A stretch of DNA of 64,000 bases from a bacterium (GCA_030698495.1 JAUYKA010000033.1:7840-71839); one strand, 5' to 3'. Counted from the stretch's first letter, positions 27,230-37,218 are shown. Made by a program: numbers and translations. The notes: generated from the letters alone by a model not told the origin.

Positions 27230-29086
27230 ATGAAACGCTTCTTGGCGATTGTGGTTTTGGGTGTTTTGCTTTCCGTTGACGTCGCGCAGGCACAATACAT
27301 CGGACGAATCGCGGAGAATCCCGTTACCGGGCATACCTATTACAGCATCAGAGATGCCGACGGGTGGAGTGGCGTGTATTGGCCGGTGGCCGATTACTAC
27401 GCTCGGAACTTGGGCGGACACTTGGCAACCATCAACGACGCGGCCGAAAACGCTTGGATTACGCGTGCTTTCCCGGGTGAGCCATATTTGTGGATTGGGT
27501 TGAACGATGTGGAGCAAGAAGGTCGTTTTGCGTGGTCGAGCGGTCAATCAGTGACGTATACAAACTGGGCGCCGGGAGAGCCGAATAACTATGGGGGTAA
27601 CGAGGATTATGTCCGGATGCGCAATTACACAGGCGCGCAGTCGAAGTGGAACGACTTGGGTTTGACCACACAAGATGATCCGAATTGGCCGATTTGGGGG
27701 CTGGTGGAGGTGCCAACGCAACCGTCAAACACACGAGTAATCATGACGGCGTTGAATCCGGCCAATTGGCACACTTATAAGCTGATTGGATCCGACGGCG
27801 GTTCGGGCGGTGTGAGTTGGTACAAAGCAGAAATGGCGGCGAAGCAGTTAGGCGGACATTTGGTGACGATTAACAACCAGAAAGAGAATGATTGGGTTGT
27901 GTCTAAGTTCGGCTCGCACAGTAATTTGTGGATAGGTTTAAGCGACCCGGACCATGACGGACAATTTACGTGGTCGAGCGGTGCGCCGGTGACATACACC
28001 AACTGGGAGCCGGGGGAGCCGAATAACTATTTCGACAACGAGGGATTCGCGCATGTGGATGCCAGAGTTACCGGCGGCGTTTGGAACGACACCAGTGGCG
28101 ACTTGTCGTACATGCTGGATCATAACGCGTTCGGCGTGGTGGAAGTGGCTTATGACGCGCCGCAGTTTCTGTTTCGGGATTCGGGAGATGATATGCCGTG
28201 GATCGATCATGTCGGGTTCTACCCTGGCGGAAATCAGAAGGTGTGGGAGGCGCATTTATGGGGTTATGCTACTGGTGTATATGTTGATCCCGATACTGAT
28301 CAGGGTGTTTCTGTTGATCGCGCATCTGGTGTGCAACAGCAGCATACATTGGCTTCGTTCTATGAAAATCGACTGACTTCGTCTGGCGGAAGTAGTCCTA
28401 CGGTCGCTGAACATTCGACGAGCGTTGCTATTTCACAAAGTGATGCGGATCAGATCAATGACTGGATCATTGAAAATGCACAGGGGGCGGGATATATTAT
28501 TGGTTCCGCTAATTTACAGAAGGGCTATTATCTCAACAGATATTCGTGCGTTGGTCTACTGGAGCGAGCTGCAGAAGAAGTTGGTGTCCACAGTGGCCAA
28601 GGTTATATACCCAACAGTATGGAAGGGCTTTCTATAAGAGACAAGAACGTCTTCAGCCCCAGTCTGCTGTATTACTGCCTTGTGTATCCGGAAGTGTGGG
28701 ATGAAAACTATCTTGTCGGGCAAGTTGACCCTGTGGATTTTATTCTGACAGATCCGCTAGGACGACGCCTCGGTCATGTTCAGGGAACTGTTTTTGATGA
28801 GATTCCTAATGCTGATTTGGTGGTAGAGGATGAGGATTACGAGTGGTTTCTGATTCCGGAACGTGTGCCGGGGGTTTACAGGGTGGATTTTTTCGGACTT
28901 GGCGAGGAGTACGCAGCACAGTTTGACTTGATGGATCCGGTACACGGTCTGACGACATGGCAGTACTCCGGGTACCTGGCCGAAGGTGAGTTGTTCAGTG
29001 TGTCGCTCGTGCCGGAGCCGACAACATTTGTTCTCTTCGTGCTTGGTGCTTTGAGCTTGTTGGCTTGGCGTCGAAGAAGGCGCTGA
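27230..29086 (+). CDS. Secreted protein with two tandem C-type lectin-like domains and a C-terminal PEP-CTERM sorting signal.
   Basis: Signal peptide MKRFLAIVVLGVLLSVDVAQA. Two WIGL...EPN...WND-containing CTLDs (GEPNNYGGNEDYV and GEPNNYFDNEGFAHV). C-terminus VPEPTTFVLFVLGALSLLAWRRRRR. Confidence 0.75.
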   Translation: MKRFLAIVVLGVLLSVDVAQAQYIGRIAENPVTGHTYYSIRDADGWSGVYWPVADYYARNLGGHLATINDAAENAWITRAFPGEPYLWIGLNDVEQEGRFAWSSGQSVTYTNWAPGEPNNYGGNEDYVRMRNYTGAQSKWNDLGLTTQDDPNWPIWGLVEVPTQPSNTRVIMTALNPANWHTYKLIGSDGGSGGVSWYKAEMAAKQLGGHLVTINNQKENDWVVSKFGSHSNLWIGLSDPDHDGQFTWSSGAPVTYTNWEPGEPNNYFDNEGFAHVDARVTGGVWNDTSGDLSYMLDHNAFGVVEVAYDAPQFLFRDSGDDMPWIDHVGFYPGGNQKVWEAHLWGYATGVYVDPDTDQGVSVDRASGVQQQHTLASFYENRLTSSGGSSPTVAEHSTSVAISQSDADQINDWIIENAQGAGYIIGSANLQKGYYLNRYSCVGLLERAAEEVGVHSGQGYIPNSMEGLSIRDKNVFSPSLLYYCLVYPEVWDENYLVGQVDPVDFILTDPLGRRLGHVQGTVFDEIPNADLVVEDEDYEWFLIPERVPGVYRVDFFGLGEEYAAQFDLMDPVHGLTTWQYSGYLAEGELFSVSLVPEPTTFVLFVLGALSLLAWRRRRR

Positions 29087-29107
29087 TGTTAGCTTTGCGT
29101 GTTCGTT

Positions 29108-29141
29108 CCCCTAGGTAGTTATGCCTAGGGGATTTTTTTGT
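29108..29141 (+). terminator. Terminator after the lectin gene.
   Basis: cccctagg-tagttatg-cctagggg followed by a T7 run. Confidence 0.75.
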
Positions 29142-29764
29142 TTGCTGGTATTATTAAGGCATTAGCGCAATTTAATATAGTTATGAAGTACTATCTGGGT
29201 TTGTTTCTTTCTTTTTTGTTGATGCTTGGTTTTCCTAGCTTGGCATTTGCTGATGTTGGTATCCCAATGATTGTTTATACGTGGCCGGCAATGATTCTAG
29301 CTTTAATTCCTGTTGTTCTGATAGAAGCTTATGTTATATCTGATTTATTACGTGTTGGCTTTAAAAAAACGGTTATTCCTTCGAGTGTTGCCAATATAGT
29401 TACAACAGTTGTGGGTATTCCTCTGTCTTGGGGCTTGCTGTTTGTTTTTGGATTGTTAATAATGCTTTTTGGCTCCTCGTTTGATATTTCAAGTATTAGG
29501 CAGGGTATTGTATCGGTCTTAGTGATAGCATCTTGGGTTGCGCCAATGGGCGGGCAAACTTTTTGGTTTACTTTCTATTCTTTAGTCACTTCTTTTGTCG
29601 TTGCCTTCTTGGTTTCCGTGCTAATGGAATATTGGATCTTGAGGTTGTTTTTCAGGGGGGCTGATAAAAAACTAGTTAAGAAGACTGTTTGGATAGCAAA
29701 TGCTGCGTCGTACGCCTTGTTGATTGTTTCAAGCTTGATACTCTTTTACTTTTTTCTGGATTAA
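29138..29764 (+). CDS. Polytopic membrane protein of unknown function.
   Basis: About 6 hydrophobic segments; no motif recognised. Confidence 0.45.
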   Translation: MFAGIIKALAQFNIVMKYYLGLFLSFLLMLGFPSLAFADVGIPMIVYTWPAMILALIPVVLIEAYVISDLLRVGFKKTVIPSSVANIVTTVVGIPLSWGLLFVFGLLIMLFGSSFDISSIRQGIVSVLVIASWVAPMGGQTFWFTFYSLVTSFVVAFLVSVLMEYWILRLFFRGADKKLVKKTVWIANAASYALLIVSSLILFYFFLD

Positions 29765-29828
29765 GGAGTAGTTTTACCAGGTTAGCACAGCTGTACAAAA
29801 GCTGTTTTTTTGACGTATCTTTACATTT

Positions 29829-30944
29829 ATGAGCAGTGAGTCCCCTACTATACGAACGTTGGCCGCGGAGGCGGTGGCGCGGGGCGCGGTAGATTTGTCG
29901 CAGGGCGTGGTGCACGCGACGCCGCCGAAGGTGCTGTTTGATTTGTTCGGCAAATTAAGCGATGACCAGCTGGTAAACGGGTACGGACCGTCGCAGGGCG
30001 ATCCCCTGTTTTTGCGGGCGGTACTGGAAATAGTTCAAGGGGAGAATAAGGCGGTTGAACAGGAAAACTTGTTGGCAACTATCGGGGTTATCGGCGGAAT
30101 TTTTTCGGCGCTGGAGTCGTATTGCGAGCCGGGTGATGCCGTGTTAATGCTGGAGCCATGTTTTCCTGGTTATCCGTGGGTGGTGGAAGCGGCGGGTTTG
30201 AAACCGGTGTACGTGCCGCATCAAAAAGATGGCTGGGGTGTTGATTGGGTCGATTTTGAGAACAAGGCCAAGACTGCTAAGGCGGTTTTAGTGGCCAGTC
30301 CGGGAAATCCGTCGGGGTATTTGTGGAAAAAAGATGAGCTGGAGAAATTATTGGTTGTGGCGGCGAAATATAATCTGTTAGTTATTGCCGACGAGATTTA
30401 TGATCGGTTTATCTGGGAAGGCGAGTTTGTTTCTCTGATGGATGAAGCGATAGAAGATAGCCGGATTGTGGTTCTGCGCGGTTTTTCCAAGAGTCTGGCC
30501 ATGGCCGGCTGGCGAGTTGGCTGGGCGGTGGCGACGCCCGATAGAATTGCGGCGATGCAAAAGGTGCATGACAAGGTTTGTCCCGGCGGGGTGTCTCCTC
30601 TGCAACGCGTGGTGGGTATGGGTTGGCTGGAAAAAGCATCGGAATTAAGGGCTTTTACAGCTAAATTAACGGCTCAAGCACGGATGAGCCGTTTAGCGCT
30701 GGCGGATATTTTTAAGAAGCTTGGCATGGAGCCGATAATGCCCGATGGGGCGATTTACATGATGGTGCGGCACAATAGAAATGACGATATGGCCGCGATG
30801 CGGGAATTACTTGATAAAGGCGTGGCGGTAACGCCGGGCCGGATATTCTACGGGGACGGTAAAAAGGGAACGGATTTTATCCGGGCGCATTTTGCGCTGA
30901 CTGACGAGGACTTGCGGAAGGTGAAGGAAAGGCTTTTGGGGTAG
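29829..30944 (+). CDS. Class I/II PLP-dependent aminotransferase.
   Basis: RGFSKSLAMAGWRVGW (PLP-lysine) region. Confidence 0.7.
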   Translation: MSSESPTIRTLAAEAVARGAVDLSQGVVHATPPKVLFDLFGKLSDDQLVNGYGPSQGDPLFLRAVLEIVQGENKAVEQENLLATIGVIGGIFSALESYCEPGDAVLMLEPCFPGYPWVVEAAGLKPVYVPHQKDGWGVDWVDFENKAKTAKAVLVASPGNPSGYLWKKDELEKLLVVAAKYNLLVIADEIYDRFIWEGEFVSLMDEAIEDSRIVVLRGFSKSLAMAGWRVGWAVATPDRIAAMQKVHDKVCPGGVSPLQRVVGMGWLEKASELRAFTAKLTAQARMSRLALADIFKKLGMEPIMPDGAIYMMVRHNRNDDMAAMRELLDKGVAVTPGRIFYGDGKKGTDFIRAHFALTDEDLRKVKERLLG

Positions 30945-30979
30945 GTTAAGAATGCCTTTTACCCCACCCCGTCCTCCCC

Positions 30980-32236
30980 TTATGAAGGGGAGGAGGCGTT
31001 TCCCCAGCCAATCATTTTCAAGAACGCTTCGATGTTGGCGTTGTATTGTTTGGTGAATTCTTTAGTGTCTTTGGCTCGCTTCTTTACATCAGCAGGACTG
31101 TCGTAATCGGGAATGAGCCAGGAAGAAACAGACGCTACGGCACGATTGTCTATGAGCGGCTGGCCGGTGAGGATTTTGCGGACTGCGGCTGATACAATGA
31201 CACCGTTAAGCAGGGCGGCGCCGCCCAATTGCGGCCAAGTGGGAATAGTTTTGCCTATTTCCAGCAGGGATTCTTGTAAACGCGGTTCGGTGACGTCATA
31301 GCCGATCAGTTTTTCGCCGATCATTTGGCCGATGAGCGGCAAAGGCAAGTTTTTATCAAGCACTTGTTCGGCGATATCCTCCCCCGCCCGGCCGTGGAAG
31401 TAGGGAATGTTATCGTCGAGGTCGTGGCGTTCGATATCCAGAATGCCGCTGTCGCCGTTATCGGCGGCCATGACGACAGGGATTTTTCTTTTTTTGGCTT
31501 CCTGACGAATACGAATTTTCATACCGAGCTGGTCGATTTCGTCGATGACAACATCGAGCCCGTCAAAAAAATCGTTGATATTGTCTTCGGTGAGGCCGTC
31601 GGGATAAAAAGTAATGTCGGCGTAAGGGTCGAGTTCATATATTTGGCGGGCGGCCATGTAGGTTTTAGGTTCGGTTAATTCGGATATACTGCCGCGGATG
31701 CGATTTAGGTTGGTTAGTTCTAATGTGTCCGGATCAGCTAATTTTAGATGTTTGCCGCCGCCGGTTAAGACAATGGATAGGGCAACGCTGTTGCCCACCG
31801 ACAGGCCGGCAATGCCGATGGTGCTGTGGTAATATTTGGTTTGCTCGTCGGCGGGAATGATGTTGCGGTTGCGTCCGGTTCTGACTTGCTGGTAGCCGTC
31901 GTCGTCTAAAATATGCAGTAAGATATGGCGCCAGGATAAGTAAACCCACTTGCCGGCTTGCCATGGTTCTTGCTGGCCGTAGTGTTCTTTGGCGTGTTGC
32001 TCAAATTGCTTGTCGCGCTCTGGCGGATTTACGTGCAGGGCTGGATTGTTTAAGACAAAAAGCTCTTTGAGTTGGGTAGCATAAGTATCAATGATTTTTG
32101 TGTGGGGTTTTTGGTCGAGCAGATCTTTGATTTTCTGCTGATCGGCTTCCTGTTTTAAATCAAAGAATACTGGTTTTGGTGCCACGACCGCAGTGGATTT
32201 AGTTGGCTGTAAACGATTAGACAGGTCGTCTAACAT
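30980..32236 (-). CDS. ThiF/MoeB/HesA-family E1-like protein with a roughly 120-aa N-terminal extension.
   Basis: Rossmann motif IGIAGLSVGNSVAL, and LADPDTLELTNLNRI. Confidence 0.6.
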   Translation of the reverse strand: MLDDLSNRLQPTKSTAVVAPKPVFFDLKQEADQQKIKDLLDQKPHTKIIDTYATQLKELFVLNNPALHVNPPERDKQFEQHAKEHYGQQEPWQAGKWVYLSWRHILLHILDDDGYQQVRTGRNRNIIPADEQTKYYHSTIGIAGLSVGNSVALSIVLTGGGKHLKLADPDTLELTNLNRIRGSISELTEPKTYMAARQIYELDPYADITFYPDGLTEDNINDFFDGLDVVIDEIDQLGMKIRIRQEAKKRKIPVVMAADNGDSGILDIERHDLDDNIPYFHGRAGEDIAEQVLDKNLPLPLIGQMIGEKLIGYDVTEPRLQESLLEIGKTIPTWPQLGGAALLNGVIVSAAVRKILTGQPLIDNRAVASVSSWLIPDYDSPADVKKRAKDTKEFTKQYNANIEAFLKMIGWGNASSPS

Positions 32237-32608
32237 AGTTTTTTTGAGGTGGATTATTAATTTAATGTATCAATTGATGGGGGTCAGATCAAATTGCCAT
32301 TGTTTCTCGGCTGCCGAGATTGCCACGCCCGTCAATATTTTGCTGAAGCAAAACATAGGCGGGTTCCAGCCGTCGCACAAGGCTATGGCCGGCACGGCGC
32401 AATGACGGCGACTTTCACGTCAGTGAGAAATTACATGTATTTGACGAAAATGGGTTATTGGTGCTATATATAGATTATATGGAACAACTATATATGCAGC
32501 CGAAGAGTTTGTTTATCACAGTCACTAATCGTGACGCGAATTTCGGTTGGTCTAACCAGGGCTGCTTAAGTGTAAATATAGTGTAAAAATATCTAATTAC
32601 TTTTACTT

Positions 32609-32648
32609 GAACGCCTTGGTGAGATGAACCAAGGCGTTCTTTGTTTAT
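32609..32648 (+). terminator. Orphan rho-independent terminator with no annotated gene upstream.
   Basis: gaacgccttgg-tgagatga-ccaaggcgttc followed by TTTGTTTAT. Confidence 0.6.
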
Positions 32649-32759
32649 CTCAAAAGTTCTTTGTTAATTCATGGATTACCCGACTGGATCAGGCAATAAC
32701 AAGTGGTGTGGATCCCGGGTCAAGCCCGGGATGACCCAAAGACACGAAAGGAGAAAATC

Positions 32760-33989
32760 ATGGCCACAGAAATCTTACAACTGAAAAGCGAGGGGATTAG
32801 GAAAGCTGTTGGCGGCGTGCGCGGCAACATCTGGAAAATGTACGCGATTGCGGCGGTAAATGATGCGATGTTTCTAATTCCTGTCATTGTCCCCTTCTTC
32901 CGGGAAAACGGACTGACTATAGGGGATGTTTTCTGGTTGCAGGGAATTTTTGCTCTGGCAATAGTGGTGCTGGAAATACCGTCAGGATATCTGTCGGACA
33001 GATGGGGGCGGAAAAAAACCATGCTGGTCGGCTCGGTAATGGGCGTGACGGGCATGTTGTGGTATGGATTGTCGTTTAGTTTCTGGGGCTTTGTGGTTGG
33101 CGAAATTATGCTGGCCGTGGGAAACAGCTGCTTTTCCGGAACTCAAGAAGCAATGATTGGCGATACTCTGTTGGAACTGAATGAAGGAGACGATTACCGA
33201 CGAGTAGCCGGACAGCAAAGGTTTTACGGTTTTTCGGCAGAAGCGGTTGCCAGTGTTGCCGGCGGTTTAATCGCGCTGGTTTCTTTGCGGGCAACAGTAT
33301 GGGCAACAATAATTCCTTTCGCGATTAGCCTAGTGCTGGTTACCCTCCTGCAAGAGCCGAAACGCCATAAGCTGCAGGAAACGCGTCACTTTCGGGCAAT
33401 GTGGGATATAACCACGCATACGTTGGTGCGGAATATCCCCCTGCGAAGCGTTGTTGTGATAAACGCGGTGATATCCTGTTTAACGCTAACCCTGGTGTGG
33501 TTTACCCAGCCGTATCAGACGCTGGTCGGTTTGCCCCTGGTGCTTTTCGGTGTAACGCACGCGGTGATAATGATCTGTGCCGGATTGGCGTCGAAGTGGA
33601 CGCATAAATTCCAGGGAAGAGTAGACGATCGGATAATACTGATGTTAATAGCGGGTGTAGTGGTCGGCAGTTACGTTGCTCTGGGAGCAGTGACATCGCT
33701 TTGGGGTCTGGCCTGGCTGTTCACGGGTCGGGTGATGTGGGGGTTTTTAACGCCCATAACCAGCGACATGGTGAATCGCATGACCGTGTCCAGCGTTAGA
33801 GCCACTGTTCACTCGGCCAGCTCGTTCGCTAGAAGCTTGCTATTCGCGGCGGTGTCGCCTATGGTCGGGTACATTGCCGATGTGCTGACACTGAATCAGG
33901 CATTGATGCTGACAGGCGTGGTAAGCGGGGTGGTTGTAACGATTGTTTTCTTGCTGACGGCTCCCGTGTGGCGTTTGATGCCGAAGTAG
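32760..33989 (+). CDS. Major facilitator superfamily transporter.
   Basis: MFS motif A GYLSDRWGRKKTML, about 12 TM segments, AAAGGAG RBS. Confidence 0.75.
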   Translation: MATEILQLKSEGIRKAVGGVRGNIWKMYAIAAVNDAMFLIPVIVPFFRENGLTIGDVFWLQGIFALAIVVLEIPSGYLSDRWGRKKTMLVGSVMGVTGMLWYGLSFSFWGFVVGEIMLAVGNSCFSGTQEAMIGDTLLELNEGDDYRRVAGQQRFYGFSAEAVASVAGGLIALVSLRATVWATIIPFAISLVLVTLLQEPKRHKLQETRHFRAMWDITTHTLVRNIPLRSVVVINAVISCLTLTLVWFTQPYQTLVGLPLVLFGVTHAVIMICAGLASKWTHKFQGRVDDRIILMLIAGVVVGSYVALGAVTSLWGLAWLFTGRVMWGFLTPITSDMVNRMTVSSVRATVHSASSFARSLLFAAVSPMVGYIADVLTLNQALMLTGVVSGVVVTIVFLLTAPVWRLMPK

Positions 33990-34189
33990 TGGGTTATAAG
34001 CGGTGCGAGTATCTTGCGCCGCTTTTTCTTTTTTTTGACATCTTTGCCGTATGTCTGCTATGGTTTTGATATGAGTTTAGTAAAAAGCAACCGCATATTG
34101 GCGAATTTAAACTATTGGCACAGCATGGTTGGTTTTTGCTATAACCTGCATGTTGTCTGATACCGGAGATAAATAGGATTTAGATTGGC

Positions 34190-34228
34190 AAAAACCGACC
34201 CGCGAAAAACGGGTCGGTTTTTTATTTG
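34190..34228 (+). terminator. Terminator downstream of the MFS gene.
   Basis: aaaccgacccg/cgggtcggttt stem followed by a T-run. Confidence 0.65.
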
Positions 34229-34316
34229 TCTTCAGGCACAAGGAAACCCCTTCTGCGTGGAGATAATAAAAACTCCATTTTGTTCTTTACAAACAAGTCG
34301 TTTAAGGAGAGTCGCT

Positions 34317-35306
34317 ATGTACGTGAACAGCAGGGCGCGGTTGGCGGAGTTGCTGGAGGAGCGCAAGGGAAATCGCGAGCGGATTCGGCAGAGGATCAAT
34401 GAGTTCGCGGCCGGTTTGTACGGCATAGAAGATTTTATGTCGTTGGTGCAAAAGCATTTCGGAAGTTTTCGCGCGGAAGATATTTGCTACGGAACTTTGT
34501 GCCGGCAGGTGGTATCTATTATGGCGGAAGATGTCGCTACCTACCTCGCTTGTCCCCTGTTGGGACTGCGCCCGCTGGCGATGCAGTTTGTCCGTGATGT
34601 TTTTATTAAGGACAATCCGGATAAATTGCGGCGGATTAAACTGCCGTGGGTGTCGTGGTCGAAGAAAGGCAATATGGTAATGCGGCACGAGCGGGTTGTG
34701 TCGGAGACGAACGAGGAGTTGCAGAGCAAAGCGTTTACGCACATAACCACGACGGGAGGCGAGACGCTGCTTGATTATCACGGCCGGCTGCGGCGTCGGG
34801 TTTTCGGCGACAGTTATGATACGGGCGATGTTTCCGCTTTTTGGCGCGATTGTATGTTTTCGGCCGCCCGTAAGCCGTCTGGCGTATATCGTCTTTTGCC
34901 GGACGGCCGCGAGGAGAAGGTTGGCTGGGATAGAGCGGATCCGGTTCGGGACGATTTGCGTCCGGCGGCCAGTTGGTATTACCCCTTGTTTTGCTGTCTG
35001 TTTCTGGACGGCGATTGGGTGCTGCTGGAGACGTATGAAGATCTCGGCAACAGTGCAAAAGGCAGAGAGATTAAACAGGGGTTCGAGCGGTGGGCGTCAA
35101 TTCTGGAACAGACGGTGGGTTATTCGCCGTTGGTACTGCAGTTGCCATGCGATACCAAGACGATGTACTATAACCGGCACTTGTTGGATGACGGGATGTC
35201 GCTTCCCCGGTGCGCGAAAGAGTTGGCCGGAGAGGATAATATTCCGGAAAGCTTTAAGAAGGCTACGGATCTTGTTCTCAACATTGGCCGGACCAAACTC
35301 CTTTAA
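34317..35306 (+). CDS. Hypothetical protein (330 aa).
   Basis: AAGGAG RBS 8 nt upstream of the ATG. No motif recognised. The upstream part of the track ORF overlaps a terminator and was trimmed. Confidence 0.5.
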   Translation: MYVNSRARLAELLEERKGNRERIRQRINEFAAGLYGIEDFMSLVQKHFGSFRAEDICYGTLCRQVVSIMAEDVATYLACPLLGLRPLAMQFVRDVFIKDNPDKLRRIKLPWVSWSKKGNMVMRHERVVSETNEELQSKAFTHITTTGGETLLDYHGRLRRRVFGDSYDTGDVSAFWRDCMFSAARKPSGVYRLLPDGREEKVGWDRADPVRDDLRPAASWYYPLFCCLFLDGDWVLLETYEDLGNSAKGREIKQGFERWASILEQTVGYSPLVLQLPCDTKTMYYNRHLLDDGMSLPRCAKELAGEDNIPESFKKATDLVLNIGRTKLL

Positions 35307-35318
35307 TTGACCATCGCA

Positions 35319-35355
35319 GCAGGGTGAGAATTTTCACTCTCACCCTGCTATTCTT
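35319..35355 (+). terminator. Terminator.
   Basis: gcagggtgaga/tctcaccctgc stem followed by a T-rich tail. Confidence 0.6.
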
Positions 35356-35388
35356 AATTTATAAGATATTAATAAGTAAGAGATTATT

Positions 35389-36201
35389 ATGATAATTGAC
35401 GCTCACACACATATAGGCAATATCAGCCAAAGATCGGGTCAGTCAGTCTCAATGACTGATCTGTTACGCTCCATGGATGAAGCGGGCATTGATATGTCTT
35501 TGATTATCGCGGATGCTATGGATTTGGGAGACGGGCGACAGGGTCTGTCGGCGAATGATTTGGTTAAACAGCGCGGGGAGAATAAGCGGCTAAGAGTAAT
35601 CGGAAATGTTTCGATCAACCGAAATCTTAAGAAGCAATTACGGGAACTGGGTAGAATGGCAGAAGCGGGTGAAATTGTAGGTATTAAGCTTTATCCGGGT
35701 TATGAAGATTACTATCCGATTGATAAGCGATTGTGGCCGGTGTATGAATTCTGTCAATTAAATAATCTGGCGGCGGTTTTTCATACCGGTGTATTAATGG
35801 AAGGCACTAATGGGGTATTACAGCAGGTTCATCCTTTAAAAATAGACGAGGTGGCGGTTAAGTTTCCGGGGCTGTGCATAGTGATGGCGCATTTGGGCAA
35901 CCCGTGGCTATTGGATGCCGCCGCGGTTATATTAAAAAACAAGAATGTTTACGCCGATTTGTCCGGGTTTTTTGCCGAATTTGAGACGATAAAGGAGGAG
36001 GACGTGGACAGATTCAAGCAGCGCGTGAAAAAGGAGTTTACCGATTTTGCCGGCAATTTGAAGAAGTGCATGTTTGGGACGGATTGGCCGCTTTACAGCC
36101 AGCCAGAATATTTGGATGCGGTGAAAGCTTTGCCGATGAGCGATGAGGAGCGAGAATTGGTGCTGGGCGGAAACGCGATGAAGGTTTACGGGCTGGAGTA
36201 G
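35389..36201 (+). CDS. Amidohydrolase-2 family metal-dependent hydrolase, paralogue of 21350..22189.
   Basis: IDAHTHIG, and shared blocks KLYPGYEDYYP, MAHLGNPW, YADLSGFF, FGTDWPLYSQPEYL. Confidence 0.65.
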   Translation: MIIDAHTHIGNISQRSGQSVSMTDLLRSMDEAGIDMSLIIADAMDLGDGRQGLSANDLVKQRGENKRLRVIGNVSINRNLKKQLRELGRMAEAGEIVGIKLYPGYEDYYPIDKRLWPVYEFCQLNNLAAVFHTGVLMEGTNGVLQQVHPLKIDEVAVKFPGLCIVMAHLGNPWLLDAAAVILKNKNVYADLSGFFAEFETIKEEDVDRFKQRVKKEFTDFAGNLKKCMFGTDWPLYSQPEYLDAVKALPMSDEERELVLGGNAMKVYGLE

Positions 36202-36273
36202 GGTGCAAAATAGATACCCCGATCCCAACTTCGCATAAAGCTACGCTGGGCATGGCAAGTCGTGGTATGACGT

Positions 36274-37218
36274 TTACGCTTTGGTAAATTGTATCGGTTC
36301 ACCCCAGAATTTGGCGGCTTGAGCTGAAACTTTTTGCGGGTCACCGGAAGTAACAAAACGGCGTTGACCTGTTTTGTCCAGGCTTGTGGCTATGGCTGAA
36401 TGACGGTTAAGATAGTCAGCCAGTTTGGCGGCGACTATTTTGGGTTGTTCATATAGAGTGACGCTTTCGGGTAAGAGAGAGTGAATCTGGTCGGCAACTA
36501 GTTCGTAATGAGTACAGCCGAGGAGTAAAGATATTTTTTCTGATGTAGAGATTGCCGCGCCCGACTTTTTAGGAAAAAGTTGGCCTCGCAATGACGTTAT
36601 GCAGTTCTGAAGTATCTTGTTGATGTTTTGTTGAGAACTGTTGTCTTCAATAGCTTTAACTAACCCCGGGCAGGCTTGTTGGTAAACTTTGATATTGGAA
36701 TTACGCTTGTGGATTTCGTGCTCATACGCTTTTGAGGCAACGGTTTGCGGAGTGGCAAGTACACCTAGCACCAGCGCAGAAGTCTGCGCTGGTGAATTTT
36801 CAATTTTCAATTTCCAATTTTCAGAGTTTCGCCACGAGACTCCAGTGATCTGTTCGATTGTTGGCACAATTATGCCTAAAACTTTTTTGTCGGGATGAAG
36901 GCGTGGCAGCCATTCCTGCTGTAAGCGACGAAGGGCCACAGCTGAAGCAGTGTTGCAGGCTAAAATTACTAGCTGGGCGCCTTGTGAGAACAGATATTCT
37001 ACGCCCGTAATAGTGTGCTGGTATATTTCTTCCGGTTGACGGGAGCCATAAGGAGCGCGAGCGTTGTCGCCAAAGTAAATGTATGAATATTGAGGCAGTT
37101 GATGGCTGATTTCTTTGAAGATTGTCAGGCCGCCATAGCCGGAGTCAAAGAGGCCGATCCAGCCGGCGGCATCGCTGTTGGGTTTTTTGTCAGAGTCTGA
37201 CATTATTTGCGCAAGCAA
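36274..37218 (-). CDS. murI: Glutamate racemase carrying an in-frame insertion encoded by a heptamer tandem repeat.
   Basis: GLFDSGYGGLT, ILACNTAS and GCTHY motifs. Insert WRNSENWKLKIENSPAQ corresponds to (gaaaatt)n at 36794-36824. Confidence 0.75.
   Translation of the reverse strand: MLAQIMSDSDKKPNSDAAGWIGLFDSGYGGLTIFKEISHQLPQYSYIYFGDNARAPYGSRQPEEIYQHTITGVEYLFSQGAQLVILACNTASAVALRRLQQEWLPRLHPDKKVLGIIVPTIEQITGVSWRNSENWKLKIENSPAQTSALVLGVLATPQTVASKAYEHEIHKRNSNIKVYQQACPGLVKAIEDNSSQQNINKILQNCITSLRGQLFPKKSGAAISTSEKISLLLGCTHYELVADQIHSLLPESVTLYEQPKIVAAKLADYLNRHSAIATSLDKTGQRRFVTSGDPQKVSAQAAKFWGEPIQFTKA

Noticed and set aside
27230-29086. DGR (diversity-generating retroelement) target hypothesis for the C-type-lectin protein.
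   Set aside because: There is no reverse transcriptase, no template/variable repeat pair and no A-biased mismatch pattern in the window. The domains look like canonical CTLDs rather than the DGR CLec variant.
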